64,000 bases of DNA, taken from the NCBI GenBank assembly GCA_011109175.1, contig RDEW01000032.1:238749-302748 (forward strand), read 5' to 3'. The notes under the pieces are model-generated. The model made no database searches, was not told the DNA's origin, and saw only the letters and a list, made by a program, of their open reading frames with translations. Origin of the DNA: Dicyema japonicum. Lineage: Eukaryota; Animalia; Dicyemida. Shown here in pieces: positions 1 to 13,600 of the stretch (its first letter is position 1; each line of letters begins with the position of its first letter). The translations under genes were made by a program, and so were the position numbers.

Positions 1-519
1 AATAACTTGTATTAAATCGAATTAATGGAAAACAACGTTGTTTTCTCCTTAAGCAGATTTCAAAAAGTGGCTATTTTTGACATTCATATATGCTTCTAGT
101 TTTGTGTTAAAAATTTGGCTGCAAAATGAAAACGACTGTAAAGTCTCTCGTGGTTATGAAAGATTAGAATCTCAACAAACAGTTAGTTAGTTAAGAGCTC
201 TTTCGCGTAGCCCTAAGGGGGTTTCGCTTGAACCATGCTTTGCAGCCATCTTCCTCGACATCATATTTCTGGCCCTCATTCGATAGATTAATCAGGCGGT
301 TCACCTGTTGTTGTTGTGGCACCCGGTGCAAGTTTTTCATGAAAAAGAGCCGTTTGAACTTATCCACCCCTCTACGTCTTTTGGAAGGGTGGCCTACCAA
401 TTTGTTGTTCCCTCATTCGAACATCACCAAGATCAACAAAAAGAAAACTATTTTTACTATTTGATATTATTATTATTTAATTTTTAAAATTATTTAATAT
501 CTATTTTATATATAATTGA

Positions 520-700
520 TTCCGTGGTGCTATTTGGCTAATTGGATAAAGTTTTCTGTTGTTTTGTCTGTTTTTTTCTCTCTCTTTTTATAAGAGTGGC
601 GACATGTGATCCACCTGTCTAGGTGGTGCCCAGTCGCAGGCTGGCACGAAAAGGATCATTTTCTCTCCCCCACTCCACTGGAGGGATTTCCACAACTGCA
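520..700 (+). repeat. Pseudoknot-core SINE-like repeat, subfamily A, decayed partial copy
   Basis: Clearly homologous to 2203-2530 and 29458-29775; core GGCGACATGTGATCCACCTGTCTAGGTGGTGCCCAGTCGCAGGCTGGCACGAAAAGGATCA at 598-658. Confidence 0.85.
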
Positions 701-1779
701 TTAAATTAAACAAAACTATTTTTACGCATGTGGCTCGTGGGGCCTATTCATTTTTTGGCAAATGTCATGAAAAGGTAATTCAAAGTTGTGGACTTCTTTA
801 AAGGGCTCCCCTCCAACGCTTTAGAAATCACTAATAAATAGAAACCGACGTGCCTGCTCGTTTTAACAAGAGCACCCAGTTCTACGCTCTGCACTTTGCT
901 TTTTGGGTTCGAATTAGGAACATCGGGCCAAGATTTGACTTTTGCTGAGTATCACGTGAGTAGTTACTATGGTATTAAACCCAAGACCATCAAGAAAGAA
1001 ATGTTAAACTCATTAATTAGCCCAGCCTTCAATATCTCCCAACCTCTCCTTGATTGTTCCGACAGCAACTCAAATGCTCTCCGGAAGTGCATTGTCTGCA
1101 GAAATATCCTATCGGGAGCACTTTTTATGGTCGATCGGAACTCATCTGCATGGGCTACCCTTTTTCTAAATGGGTTTCCTAGTGCCTTGCATGTGTCAAC
1201 AGTAGTTTTACGGTTGAGAAAGTTTATAGGCTTGATCTTACAAGAGGAAAGGACAGATCTCCACGTAGAACAAGCTTATTCAATTGTCGGCACAGTAACT
1301 TGAACGTGGAGTTTACTGATACAAGCTGCAGGTAGGAGGTTCTTTACGATGGCCTTAAGAACGGTCCACTATCGAAGCCCCTTAGTTGACGCTTTCTCCG
1401 TGTGTCTGGAAAACGTCATTAGAGACTGGCGATTTGGTTAAATTTCATATTCATTCGGTCGTTGGATAGCAATTAATTTATTAACCATGATCGGGGGACA
1501 TTTAGTGTTCTCCGTAGAACGACTTGGGCGTCTTTTTTGACGATCTCAAATATATTCTGAGAGATCGGTTTGTAAACTTTCAGCTTGCTCTGTGCCGATA
1601 GTGAAAACGGGGCAATCCATGCAGCACAGGTGTTCTCGATACTCGGTAGAACGAATTTTTGCTCTAACGAAGGGCGGGAAAATATTGGGGAGTTCTTAGG
1701 ATCCATGCGGTTACCAGGTCCACTTGATAAATGAGAGGATCCAGGATAACTCCAAGGATTGAAAGGGTCTTATTAACTT

Positions 1780-2040
1780 TTCAGTTATTATTGACTTGTT
1801 CCGTGTCGCTCTCCAATGATTCACTGCACCATGAGATTATCCGCATACGATAAAAGAATTGAATTTTTTGTAGTTGGGGTTGGGTGGTCACTAGGGAACA
1901 TGTCGAATAGCATCCTTGTGGGACTCCATTTGGAAGGTATCGCGGTTTTGATTTTTGGTTGTTTGCCACCACTTGTCATCACTTGAATTTAGGGTGGATC
2001 GACGTCATGACAATTTTTACCGTAAGGATCTTCCGGGATA
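1780..2040 (-). mobile_element. Non-LTR retrotransposon reverse transcriptase fragment
   Basis: Minus-strand translation VVANNQKSKPRYLPNGVPQG matches the LINE RT GxPQG motif region; stops nearby. Confidence 0.6.
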
Positions 2041-2202
2041 CTGCAATAAAAATTGCTTAATTAATTCTTCTGATTATTATTATTACGGTTAATTAATTCT
2101 TTAACTTAAAATAAAAAAATAAAATTTGATTTATTTAAAAGTAACAATTAATAATAAATTAACATACCCATCCATACCCATCGAGATTCTTGGTAGCCGG
2201 TA

Positions 2203-2530
2203 GCCGCGTGGCGCCATGTGGTGTTGCGTGGTTAATTGGTTGAGGTTTTCTGCTTTCTTGTCTGTTCCTCCTGTCTCTTCCTATTAGAGTGGCGTCATGT
2301 GATCCACCTGTCTAGGTGACGCCCAGTGCCAGGCCGGCACGAAAAAGGATCATTTTCTCTTCCCCACTCCACTGGAGGGGTTTCCACAACTACATGTAAT
2401 GGACGTCTTACCTTTTATGCTGATTCTGGATGGATTTCGTTTCTGTACAAGTGGAAACTGGATACACTTAATTAGTTGTTTACTTTAACTTCTTTCTCGG
2501 TGTATCCGGGGTTAATAAATAAATAAATAA
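2203..2530 (+). repeat. Pseudoknot-core SINE-like repeat, subfamily A, apparently full-length
   Basis: Starts GCCGCGTGGCGCCATGTGG, core at 2291-2352, ends TGTATCCGGGGTTAATAAATAAATAAATAAAT; near-identical to 29458-29775. Confidence 0.9.
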
Positions 2531-2789
2531 ATCCAAAGTGATCCCCGCCGACATTATCGACGTTACTGATAAGGATTTCTTATGTCGACGGTCAGCATGC
2601 TATTAATAATATCTCATGAACTCTCCTTGAGTGTTCCGGAAGGTTTGTTTTGCATTCCTTCAATTATTATTACCTAGTTAAGTAATCCTGGCTTTGTTGA
2701 TTTGTAAGAGACCAGCGGTTATTAAGCAGGCCGTAGTAAATACCGGTCGCTCCCATAGATTGGTTACTTTGGCGTGGTAGAGGAAATGC

Positions 2790-3300
2790 GTACTAATTCA
2801 GGACATTCAAAAAGGTGATTCCTGTCAACTCGGAAAGGTTGCAAAAAGAACAGAGAACACTATCCATGAAGTTTAAGTGCATATTCGATGTCACCAGAGT
2901 TCGCCATTTATAAAAAAAGGGGGAACCAAATGTTTCCTAGGCAATAATGTCATTCCATAGGATACCACCTCAGTTATCCAATAAGTCAACTTTTCGGCAA
3001 ACTAGTCATTAATCACTCAGTCGATGGCCATGTAGTATACAGAACTTGAATGATTTTGAAAACTGCTGAGCGAATCTTATGATATGTAGAGAATGTTGCT
3101 AGTATGATTTAGATATGAACAAATACTCTAGAACACGTGGATAAGTGGTACAGGAGGAAAGCAATGTCCTTAGAAGACTAGATGATCTCAAACCGACAGG
3201 GAGGCCGAACATTCTACACTGAGGATTTCTCATAGTATCTGAGAAGGATTTTGTGGTAAATGAAACTTGGAATGAATTAGAAAACTGCTAATTTCCGCCG
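2790..3300 (+). mobile_element. Degenerate non-LTR RT remnant
   Basis: Broken frames give YKKGEP...LFGKLV, resembling the LINE RT KKGD...NWRPI...YKL region; many stops. Confidence 0.35.
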
Positions 3301-3384
3301 AGATTATTGATGCGTTGATTGAGTGGTTGGCACCTCTCTACCAATGTCTATATCTTTATCGTACTCTCATTCTGTGTATTCTAC

Positions 3385-3480
3385 CCAGATTAGAATTGCA
3401 ACTTTCAACGTCAGAGGACTCTCTTCGAACACTAAACAGGAGATCTTATGCATGGAGGAGGAGGAAGGATACATGGAGTC
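3385..3480 (+). mobile_element. APE endonuclease N-terminal fragment (LINE ORF2)
   Basis: AGAATTGCAACTTTCAACGTCAGAGGACTC = RIATFNVRGL, the typical first motif of APE-type LINE endonucleases. Confidence 0.6.
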
Positions 3481-4075
3481 TTCAGTTCTATGCTGCTAGC
3501 CTAGACATAATATCGACCCTTGAGATGTCCAGGACAAAGTCCATCGAGTCCTCCGCTGCTATCTGTAGCGACGGAAAGTATCTCCTTGTTACGTCAACCT
3601 CAGATACATGTAAACAATGCGTTTTTCCCGGGGAAGGAGGGATCCGTTGGTCGTTTGGGATGTTTGGATGTCGCTCGATGAGTGTCGTGCAAGTATCTTC
3701 TAATAGTTCCAGGATACGGTTCTGATCAGAGAGATTCCTCAACCGACAAGAGGGAGAACGATACCCACTTGACGGACATTTTATAAAGCTCCTCTCATTA
3801 GTAATTGAATCACATCATATTTTTGTGCGTGTAAAAAATATTTACAAGGATTTCTTTGAAAAAAACCGCTAAAATGTTTTTTCCTTAGGAATTTTCTTTG
3901 TTATTCGAATGGATGTGCTCCAAGATATTTTAAAGGAAAATCTTATCTTCTAGATTGAAAATTTGACATTAATAAGCCTTAATTTTAATTCTAATAAATT
4001 AATATTTATTTTAATAATATTTTTTAAATTTATTTACAATTTCAGAATAAAATTAAAAATATTCAGCGAATTGTT

Positions 4076-4660
4076 ATGATCATCTTAATCGGAATGATTG
4101 GGTCTGGTAAATATAAAGTATCACTTTAGCTCTTTGCGCATGTCCAGAAAATTTCTCTGGCTATCGACAGGAAAATGAGTTCAATGGAGTTTGTTTTAGA
4201 TATGAACTTGGAAATTTTTCTGATAATAAAGCAAATAGTGTATGCTCGCGTTTAGGTGGCCGAATGGTACGTTTAATGTAATTTTTAGGCAATAATTGAT
4301 TCAATGGAAAAATCAGACTTTATTAGAACATTTTTAGGCGGCCTAGACAATGCTCCTGCAATAATTCAACTTCATATAGCTAGAGGCTATAAAACTAAAG
4401 AATTCCAGCTTCGTGGTAAATTACAAAAATTTTTGTATTTTAAAGGAAATAGAGTTGAATTTTCAGATCCGGATAATCGGTGCGTTTGTATATCAAATCA
4501 ATTAAATTGGGGAGATCAGCATTGTCATTGTGAGATTGTCAGTTATGTGGGAGGGGTTTTGTGCCAATCAAGTAAAAATGATACGATATTCATAGATTCA
4601 TTGGTAAATCAACCGACAGTTGGTCTCATAGAAGTAATCGACCACAACGTCGAAAAGTAA
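4076..4660 (+). CDS. Secreted C-type lectin domain protein (4 exons)
   Basis: Removing GT-AG introns 4107-4129 (23 nt), 4267-4288 (22 nt) and 4416-4445 (30 nt) gives MIILIGMIGSALCACPENFSGYRQENEFNGVCFRYELGNFSDNKANSVCSRLGGRMAIIDSMEKSDFIRTFLGG...EFSDPDNRCVCISNQLNWGDQHCHCEIVSYVGGVLCQ... This has a signal-like N-terminus and CTLD-type Cys spacing with the A-x-x-x-C-x-x-x-GG-x-x-A-I-I-x-S motif. The 3' end is uncertain. Confidence 0.8.
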
Positions 4661-4969
4661 ATCTGTATCTAACTCAAAGCATCAACTGAGAGTATCCCAC
4701 CACTAGTTATCTTAGAATCATTTTTTTTGGTAATTAATGGGGTTATGGAATTTGTTAAATTTCTGTGAAACATGGCTCATGATTTCTAAGGCTACAAAAG
4801 AATAAAATTTTAATTTTAAAATTATTCTAGTCTCCACCATGTTAGAGCTATCAATGTTAACCAAAATGACCTGAATTATATAAAATGCTTAGACTAGGAA
4901 ATTAACTGATTTTTTATATAGGGAGATATGTCAGATCAACCGATAAGAATCTTCTCTTCCACTTGACAT

Positions 4970-7870
4970 GGAATACGAATTAATCCCTCCGGGAACTGCA
5001 ATGGTTAAATCCCTAACGGAGGAAGACAAGAAGCCGTGCAAGACTGAAAATTCTAAATTCGCGAAAAAATTCCTATAACAATTTCCAACCAAGAACCAGA
5101 CAGAACCCATACCAAGAGAGCTAAACCCGCTAGTAAAACCGCTACGAGAACGACCGCCGCCTTTAAGACATACTCAGACAACCTGACTATGAAGATCTCA
5201 GTCTACTCTGCTATGAGTGCGATTAAGATCGCTAAGTATTGTACCTTTTACAACAATCAGGATATATGAGGATGAGCCACAGAGAATCGGGCACCTTCAG
5301 GCTCGGATTCTACAGCAACTCTGACAAGACGACTTTTATAGAAGCCTTGAATGATGCTTGTTCCTTTGGACCGGACAGTCATCTGTTCAGAATGACATCC
5401 AAGAAGCTAATAGAGATTGTAATAAAGAACCTACTCTTCTGGGTTGAGGACAGCGACTTCATGGACTACCTCCAAGAGATGGCTCCATCTTCTACTAAGG
5501 TCTCTCGAATGTTCAGACGAGGACTGACGCTGCCAATGGCGAAGGCGTCGATCGGAAACAAATCATAGGCCACATCGCTAGTTCGCTGGGACTTCTTCAT
5601 TAAAAGAAAAGTAATCGCTTGCCATTGGATGTGAAGAGAACCTTTGTTATAGCTGCAGCAAGTAGGGCACTTTGCATACCAACGTAAGGAGATGAAGACG
5701 TGTTTCCGATGTGCAGGCTAACACAATATCTCGGAATGCAAGATGGATCCGGGAGCACAAGCAAACTGCGTGAACTGTGGATCTTCTAAACACGTGGCAA
5801 AGTCTGGAGGATTCCACGTGATATTAGAAGCTAAACATAAATTTGATGCTCCCAACAGCAAAACGGAATCCAGACAGAAGGAAAAGACTAAAGTTGAATG
5901 CAACAAGTAAACTCCGCTGAGAATAATCACCGAATCAATGAAAACAGGAGAGAGAATATGAATAATCGGCCCCTGCAATATTAGCAATGAATCGGTTCGA
6001 CTTGGCAAATCAAAATGATATGCCTGAAAAAATTTCAAAAGAGTTAGGAGATATAATCTCAAGGATAAAACAACTGAGCAAAGTCCATGATGTGGATATA
6101 AGAAAGATGCTGAACCTGACAACGGAGAGCCCAGGCCACCTAAAAAACAATTGAGAAGTCTGAAGATAGTGCTGGTGAATGCCCGATCCTTGAGGAAGAG
6201 GCATCATGATCTACCACTACTTTTAACAGCAAACCAGGATTGGCGTTCTGGTGGTCAATGAGACCAATATGGAAAAGACTAACACTACTAAACTGGAGGG
6301 ATTCGACTTTATAGAAATACAGTGCGCGGATTAAGCCGCGGTTGACACTGAAACCACCTTGTTCACCCAGATGACCTATAAACACGGAACCCGAATATTA
6401 TCTCCGCCACACAATGCGAATTCGTGTCCATTGCTGTGGCTGTAGATAAACATTGGGGGCATCTACTCGAAGGACATCAGAATTGTTCTACACAGAATAT
6501 ATCTTTTTTTGAAAAAAACGATATGTCAATTCTGGTGGGCGACCTAATCGGCAAGAACATTAACTACGAATGCTACAGTACTAATGGGGACAGACGAAGA
6601 CTAAAAATCCCTGGTGAGAGAGTCAGGTTGAGATCATGACGTCGGAGGACCCAAACCATTTCTCTCACCACGGAGGAGAGATGCTTGGTGTGTCCCTTAT
6701 ATCATCACTTTACACTTACGTGGAGAGGCCGAGGACTATGTGGGACTGTCTGGACTATGTGGACGGGGCCGATCAGCCTCATATGCTCTATCTCCAAGAT
6801 TATTGAGCGAATTGTCTTCAAGAGGCTGAGTCGGCATATTGAAGCGAGCGATTTCCTCCTCGCGGAACAATGGGGCTTCAGTCCCGGAAAATCTACGGAT
6901 TGCATACACCAAATGCATTCGGAAGTACAGAATGGATAGAGATTCAAGAGACAAGTAACCATGGTATGCCTGGACCTATCCAAGGCCTTCGATAGCGTGT
7001 TGCATGAAGCCTTCCTGTCAATGCTTGTGGCTGCAAATATTCAAAACAACTTCTCATATGACTAAGAGATTTTCCAACAGGACGGACTTCTCAAGTGCCG
7101 ATTGGAGGAAATGTATCCGAAGACGTTTTTCTTAAGAGGGGTGTTCCGCAGGGCTTTGTCCTGAGCCCCCTACTGTTCAACATCTTCTTATCAGCCCTCC
7201 CAACTCCGTCGGACTTTAACTCTAAACTATCAATATACACGGACGACATCTAAATCATGGATATGTCTCGGAGGTTGACGCTCTCCGAGAGAAGACTCAG
7301 GATATTTATTGACTGGGTGAAAGACTAGTGTATCCGGAGAGGGATGAAACTTTCAACAGAAAAGTCAAACTTTATGAGAATCAGCCGTTTACGAAGCCAT
7401 CACGTACAGCCTTATACACTAAAAATTCCAAGAGTTCGTTCGCTTCGCTACCTGGGTGTAGTAGTTGACCAGGAAGGCTCATTTCTTAAGTGCAACAAGC
7501 TGTGGAAGAAAAAGGCGCTGCAGACGGTCCTCTGCACATGCAAGATGGACGTCAGTACGGAGACCTTCCCCTTCATTTTTATGAGGATAATCCTACCAAA
7601 GCTATTGTATGGGTCCGAAGCATGGTTTCTATCCACGAAAAAGGAAAGGATATTATCAATACTGGAGAACTCTAGAAGATCTGCCTTTCAAGTTAGTCCT
7701 GAGGAAGAGGCTACGCGAAGTCTTTAGCTCTGAGAGAGACGGGATCTTTGCCCCAATGAAGCAAATAGTGGAAAACAGGATTTGTGGATTCCTACGTAAG
7801 AACCAATATTAAATATTGAGATGGGGACGTCAGAAGTGTCCAAGCTGCAAAGGGGGACTAGTTAATACCA
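4970..7870 (+). mobile_element. Degenerate near-full-length LINE (Jockey/I-group-like): ORF1 zinc knuckles + APE + RT
   Basis: ORF1 CFRCAG*HNISEC...CVNCGSSKH (about 5700-5800); APE LKIVLVNARSL...VVNET (about 6155-6265); RT PISLICSISKIIERIV, QWGFSPGKST, LDLSKAFDSV, GVPQGFVLSPLLFNI, YTDDI, YLGVVVD, LLYGSEAW; many stops and frameshifts. The 5' boundary is approximate. Confidence 0.9.
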
Positions 7871-8689
7871 CTATACCTAACTCCTAATCCGGTTTTGTAA
7901 TAAAGTTTTTCGGTTCGGTGACATCTGAGCAAACCACCCCTTTTTACCGACATACGTAGATAAAGTTGATGATGTAAAAAATGTCGTCTCTTTCTTCTGC
8001 ACCCTCTCCGAATTGACAGCAAGGCTTATTGGAACGCATTAGATAACGGTGTTGACATTTACATGAGCTTCTAGTTTTATGTCAAAATGTTGTTAGTTAG
8101 CCAGAAAAGTTCATTCAAAGTTTTGGATTTCTGCAAAGGAATCCTATCTAGAGCCTTTGAAATCCCTAATCAATAAGAACGAGATGTGTCTTTTAACCAA
8201 AAGGACCCCACTTCTTTGCTCAATACGTCACTTTATGAGCTTGAATGAGGAATTTCAGACAAAGATGTAGCCTTTGATAGAACAGCACGTGAGTTAGTAT
8301 GGCAACACTATGGTCTTTATATTTTTTAGCATGACCGTCATGTAATTTTAGCTTTTCTTAGTCGTATCTTCGATTTTTAGTGGTGCTTTAGATCAAGTTA
8401 AATATTCTATTTATTCAATCGTTTGATAGCAATTATGCTTATTTTTTCTGATGAGTATATTTATTTTAATAAAAAAATTAAGTTCAAACCTACTTTAAAT
8501 GAACTTGAAAGGTTTGACGAGTTACGACTAAAATAAACTTTTCAGAAATTTGTCGAATTTTCACGAATTTTGAATCCAAATGATCCAAAAACAGGATGGC
8601 TTTGTATTTTAACCAACATGATTCAATCGTTTAGATAGACAATTTATTTTGTTCGGTATGCAATGTTTATTTTGATGAGGCTTTATGGA

Positions 8690-9480
8690 AAACAGGGTAC
8701 ACTCTCAATGAGATTTGGTGGTCTTGGATTCGCTGCTCTCAGATGTTTCTCTTGCCTCGTATTTTTCTTATGAAGAGGCTTTGAATACGTCGGTCAGGAG
8801 AATTCTACACTCTTCTCCTGAATTCTCAATCGACCAGGATGTCAGTCAAGCTTGTAACCATTTTATTTGTTCTCATTCTATCCAAGATTCGTAGCGCAGA
8901 CTGCACGATGTTGTTCAAAAACCTCAAACCAGCAACGTTGTTTCTGCATGTTGTATGGAGATTCTACGAGAGTGGGGCCTGGCTCAACGCCATGTTCCAC
9001 GTCCGGTGACAGATCGACGGCTTCTATCTACACCCACTATCCTGTATAAAGGAGTGCTGTAAGGTCTCCCAGACACAAAGCCCTAAACGAAGTCGTCAGG
9101 CGGTCTATAGATGCAGCTGGTTATCTTCTCTGCTAGAACCTATCTGTTTATGCAGTAATTATAGAAAACGACAAAACGGGATGTTCGACTTTCTGTTTGA
9201 AGCCAAGAGCCTCTGTCTAGGACGTCACTAGTCGGACACATATGTTGCGAGCGATATTTGCTAGAGTGCATCCAAACCTTGCTCGGTCGAGGCAAAAACC
9301 TAAATCTAGGAAAATAGAATTATGCTGATGGATTATGTTTACTCTTCTCGTTGTGGAAACATTCGGTACTCTCGACGCTGGAATTTCTAAATCAACTAGG
9401 GAGTCTGCGCTTGTGAACCCTACTGACTATTCGAGCGTGTTTCGCTTGCAATTTGAGAGTAAATAGCAATGCGTTTTAAG
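8690..9480 (+). mobile_element. CRE-clade-like non-LTR retrotransposon 3' remnant (RLE endonuclease region)
   Basis: Broken frames give MRFGGLGF, GAWLNAM, RHKALNEVVRRSIDAAG, DVT and LVVETFG, in the order seen in CRE-type ORFs. Confidence 0.7.
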
Positions 9481-9619
9481 GTTCTTCATTTACTTAATTA
9501 TATGGAATAATGCTTTTTAATTAAAAAAACTTTAAAAAAAAATTTAAAAATAATTTCTACTATTAAGCAGTTTATTGTGATTTACTGGCTTCTGTCTGAA
9601 CGTACTTGATGTGTTACTT

Positions 9620-10800
9620 CAATTCAACATTTGTTGATGTGTTGCGATTTCAACGCGAAACATCCGAACTTGGAACAAAAGCCAAATGCAGGGCCAGAGG
9701 AAAATATCCTTCTCATAATTCTTAACGACTATCGAATGAACACAAGAACTCTTTATAGCTTATGACAACACGACTTCACCTGATTTGACCCTCGCCACCC
9801 TAACATTGCTTTTTCTTGCCAACTGCTCTGTTATTTATGACTTACGGAGCCACCACAATCCTATCTTAATCGGATGAAGGACACACTCATCTCTGATAGA
9901 AGATTACTTTCTTTAATTACAGAAACGTTAATTGGAGAGGTTCCGAGCAATACGTCGACAGGGTGGTGGATAAAGAAAATTTGTACAAAAAAGGAATGGA
10001 GAAAACTCACCTCCGTGTTTTACAATCATAGGTCCCTGTCGATTATGTGGAACACCCTCTCGAAGATCTAAAACCCGGAGAAGAGAAACAGTTCTGATCT
10101 CAGCAAATAGGAATTCGATAGAATAATGAAGTTCTTAGCTCAGAGCAGATACTTACCTCATCAAAAGTACGAGGGTTCTCCATGGCATTGATAAAACCAA
10201 GATGTCGTCATGATCATATATCATTCTCACAAATGGAGGTCGAAACAGATATACAACATATTCATAAATAGAAACACAATTCCAACAATTTGGGGAGTTG
10301 CCCCACATCCACCCAGTACAGAAACCTGGACAACCAAAAAAGTCCCCTTCTCATCGACCAATGTCCCTATTATGCGAATTGTCAAAAATTCTTGAAAAAT
10401 GGTCTTGTACCGATCTTCCCACATTTCCTAAAGAACCCTCCCACTGCGAATTCAAGAAAACCTTTTTACAAGTGCGCACCCCCAAAACTTACAAATTTTA
10501 TTTTTAGCTTATTCTTGCACGATATTCCAATCGGTTAGGACGAAAATTCGATAATCCTTGTGCATGCCGATGACATAATTTATGCTTGCAAAAGAAAAGT
10601 CCTCGACTTATCTTTTTACGTCGAAAAGAAGGCTATCAAGTTATACCACCAAACTATAAGTTATGTATGTGCAGTTTGGGGGACAAAAGTGCCAGAACAA
10701 ACATGGATAAGATCAACTCCACTCAATCCAGTATGACCAAAACAATTTCTCAAATCACAGGACTATTAATAAAGTCACCCTATTTGAGGTTTTTGTGAGG
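9620..10800 (+). mobile_element. LINE APE/RT remnant
   Basis: CDFNAKHP, SPDLTL, HNPIL, RPMSLLCELSKILEK and HADDII motifs in several frames. Confidence 0.75.
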
Positions 10801-11279
10801 TAATCCGGCGGCATATTCACCCAAAATGGAACGGTGTTATCGAAAATGTGTCGGTTTCCAAGAGCAATACTGGTAAAAGCTGAGAGAAGTCGGGATCACT
10901 TGATGGCGTTTTTCTTTTAATTAGTGTTTACTTGGTGATTTTTTGCTCATTAATAATAATGGTTGTAGTGAAACAAACAATATGTTCAATTCCCATAACT
11001 AGCTATTTGTCGAATATTTCTTTGCTTCTACTAGAGCAGCACCGGTGATTCATCTCCCTCAAGTCACAGGAAAAGGATAACTCTCTCTTTTCGACTGAAC
11101 TTTTTCTTCTCGTTCTGCTGGTTCTGGGTGGACTTTGTGATATCGAAAGATCTCGCTGCACTTGTGACCGTGGGAACTGAATACATTTAATTATTCTAAT
11201 GTTTAAGATGTGTCTCATTCTGATCAGAAAAAATTTCTTTGGCTATTCTCAGCCAAATTAGTTCAAAGGAGTTTGTTTA

Positions 11280-11760
11280 AGATATAAATTCAGAAATGTT
11301 TCTGACGATGAAGCAAGTATTACATGTTCGCTCTTTGGTGGTGAAATGGTAAATTCAAAGTAATTTTTATGCAATAATTGATTCTTAGGAGAAATCAGAC
11401 TTTGTTGGAAAATTTTGAGGCTACCTAGATGTTTCTGCGACAATCCTATTTCATATAGCTAGAGGCTATAATACTAAAGAATGGCAGTTCAGTGGTTGTA
11501 TTTCAAATCAATTAAATTGGAAAGATCTACCTTGTGACTGTCAGACATGTTGGAGGGGTTTCGTGCCAGACAGGTAAAATGATACAATATTCATAGATTC
11601 ACTGGCAAATAAGTCAGAAATTAGTCCCATAACAGGTCCATCGACCACAAGTTCGAATAGAGAATCTGTACCTAGGTCAACTGCATCAACTAGGAATTTC
11701 ATACCACTAGACTATCTTGGAAAACAGTAACATACTAATCATTTAGTCCTTGCGGTAATA
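11280..11760 (+). pseudogene. Decayed paralog of the C-type lectin at 4076-4660
   Basis: Colinear nucleotide similarity (e.g. GAAATCAGACTTT...CATATAGCTAGAGGCTATAA.ACTAAAGAAT); translation CSLFGGEM|AIIDS*EKSDF has in-frame stops, the intron acceptor is mutated (TTTTTAT) and there is an internal deletion. Confidence 0.8.
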
Positions 11761-13139
11761 ATTAATGGGGTTGTGGGATTCTTTATATTTTCTGTAACAG
11801 GCAAAGTACGCTGCCTACCAATGCAAGAAAAGAGAAGATCTCTAGTCTTTGTAGTTGTGAAAACCCCTCAAGTGGAGTGGAAAGAGCAAACACTCTTTTT
11901 CCGACTACCCTATCCCTGGGTGTTCCTCAGACAAATGGATCCAATAAAGCCACTTACTACTATAGCACTTTTGTCCCACTAAGCACTTATAGTATCCCTT
12001 AGGTAAGTATAGTATCCCATAAAAGAACGAGGAACAGAAGGAACGAAAAAACGTGAGAGGAATCTTTCTCATCCGGTATATTCACAATTTCATTGATTTT
12101 ATAAGATTTCGTAATTTTTAAAAAACTATAAAGTGCGGATTTATCACTGCGAATCTGGACAAGTCTAGAAGTTTAGACAAGTCCTGCCTTTTAAGCTTTA
12201 CAAGTCGCTGGGATAAGCAGTTTTTTAAGCATAGACATCACTTGTTGGACATGCATACTCAGACTGTTAGATGAGCGTTATTACAGGAAAAAACATTTAA
12301 GAGTATAATCTTTTGGAGAGAAAATAGTGTAATGTCCACCGCGAAATAGTTGTGAGAATCTTCAAGGAATAATACACTAAGAAAGAAAGGCTGAATAGTC
12401 CGTTCGATGCCATTTCGGCATTGGATGGGACAGATGAAACACGTGGCGCCTGACTAATCAGAATCAGGAATAAAAGAAAAAGGAATAGAAGCTTTTGACT
12501 AAGTGCTCTGCAGAAGTCGACCCATGGTATCGCCTTAGTAAAGTAACTCAGCCGTCACTAGTCTGTAAAAGACCAGCGGCTATTATGTATGATTCAGATT
12601 CCACGAATGTGAAGCGTTTAGGTCTAAAACATAAAAATATAATTTAATTTTTTTTATGTTTTTATTTTTTAAATAATTTTAAATATTTATTTTGCATGCT
12701 CTTGTTATCTCACACTTAGTAGTTATAACTTTAACATTTCTATTAATTCAATGATGTCTGGAATTGCCGTATGATTTGGTGATTACATTTATAATCTCTG
12801 AGAATCATGTATTAATGTAAATGAATCAAATTATTCCATAGCCTCATGATTTATAGTTTTCTTATAATCATAGTGATAATAGCCCTTTACGTAGAGGCGT
12901 ACTAATATTTCATTACTAAACCTTTATTTATTAACCCCTGCCTTACAATCCTTTTGGTAAGCCCAGCACAAGCAGTAATAACTAATTTATCCAAGGGAGA
13001 ACGTCTGCTCGTGTCGACCAAATCCATTCGCCAATAGTCCATTATACGTTTCTGAAAAGAGGTGTAGAAGTAGGTCTGCGGTCTTCCATTTTCATTGAAT
13101 GTCCTACCGTCGCGGACATCACTTAATTCTACGACGGAA

Positions 13140-13600
13140 AGGTTTTGATAATTGTTATCTTAGAAAGATCCTTTGTTCTGAAGTGCGAAAAGAGGATCAA
13201 TGTTTTAAAATGTTTATCTGGAATATGGAAGACAGGTAACCACCCAGTCTTGATGAACATTTACAAGCAATACATCGAACCATGCTTCTCGTACGCGTGT
13301 GTTTCGTGGGGACCTTCATTATCATGGAAGGCTTTCAGGACGTTCAAAAGAAGGCTTTCAGAATGACGGAGCGATGGTCTTGTGGGAGACACAGAACCGG
13401 ACCGACTACTCTGGAGGCCCTCATTAAACAAAACTCCGGCATGCGGGAAGGTGGCCCTGCAAATACAGTCAGCCGCCCTGTACGAGCTTGTGTGGGTACG
13501 AGGGAGGAGCACCGGGAAAGAATGAGGATTTTGGCGGAGCGCATCGAGATCACGTGATAGTTAGTTTTGGTTTTACCGTGGTCTTAGGGGACTCGTCGCC
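13140..13600 (+). mobile_element. LINE (I/Jockey-group) ORF2 3' end and tail
   Basis: KRINVLKCLSGIW...LMNIYKQYIEPCFSYACVSWG (post-RT thumb motif), followed by the GATCACGTGATAGTTAGTTTTGGTTTTACCGTGG tail also seen at about 38620 and (minus) about 53260-53290. Confidence 0.75.

Noticed and set aside
896-1303. 135-aa ORF as a host gene
   Set aside because: Non-ATG start, no recognisable motifs, and it lies in TE debris.
1695-1750. Another pseudoknot-core copy (two GGATCC sites, the second preceded by GAGA)
   Set aside because: P1, P3 and P4 cannot be formed and the flanks do not match the family.
2291-2352. Calling the core a canonical active HDV ribozyme
   Set aside because: The topology fits, but the L3 and P1.1 consensus residues do not; it is reported only as HDV-like in fold.
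5718-6939. Minus-strand ORFs overlapping the LINE (5718-6122, 6140-6385, 6705-6983)
   Set aside because: Antisense shadows of degraded ORF1/ORF2 frames.
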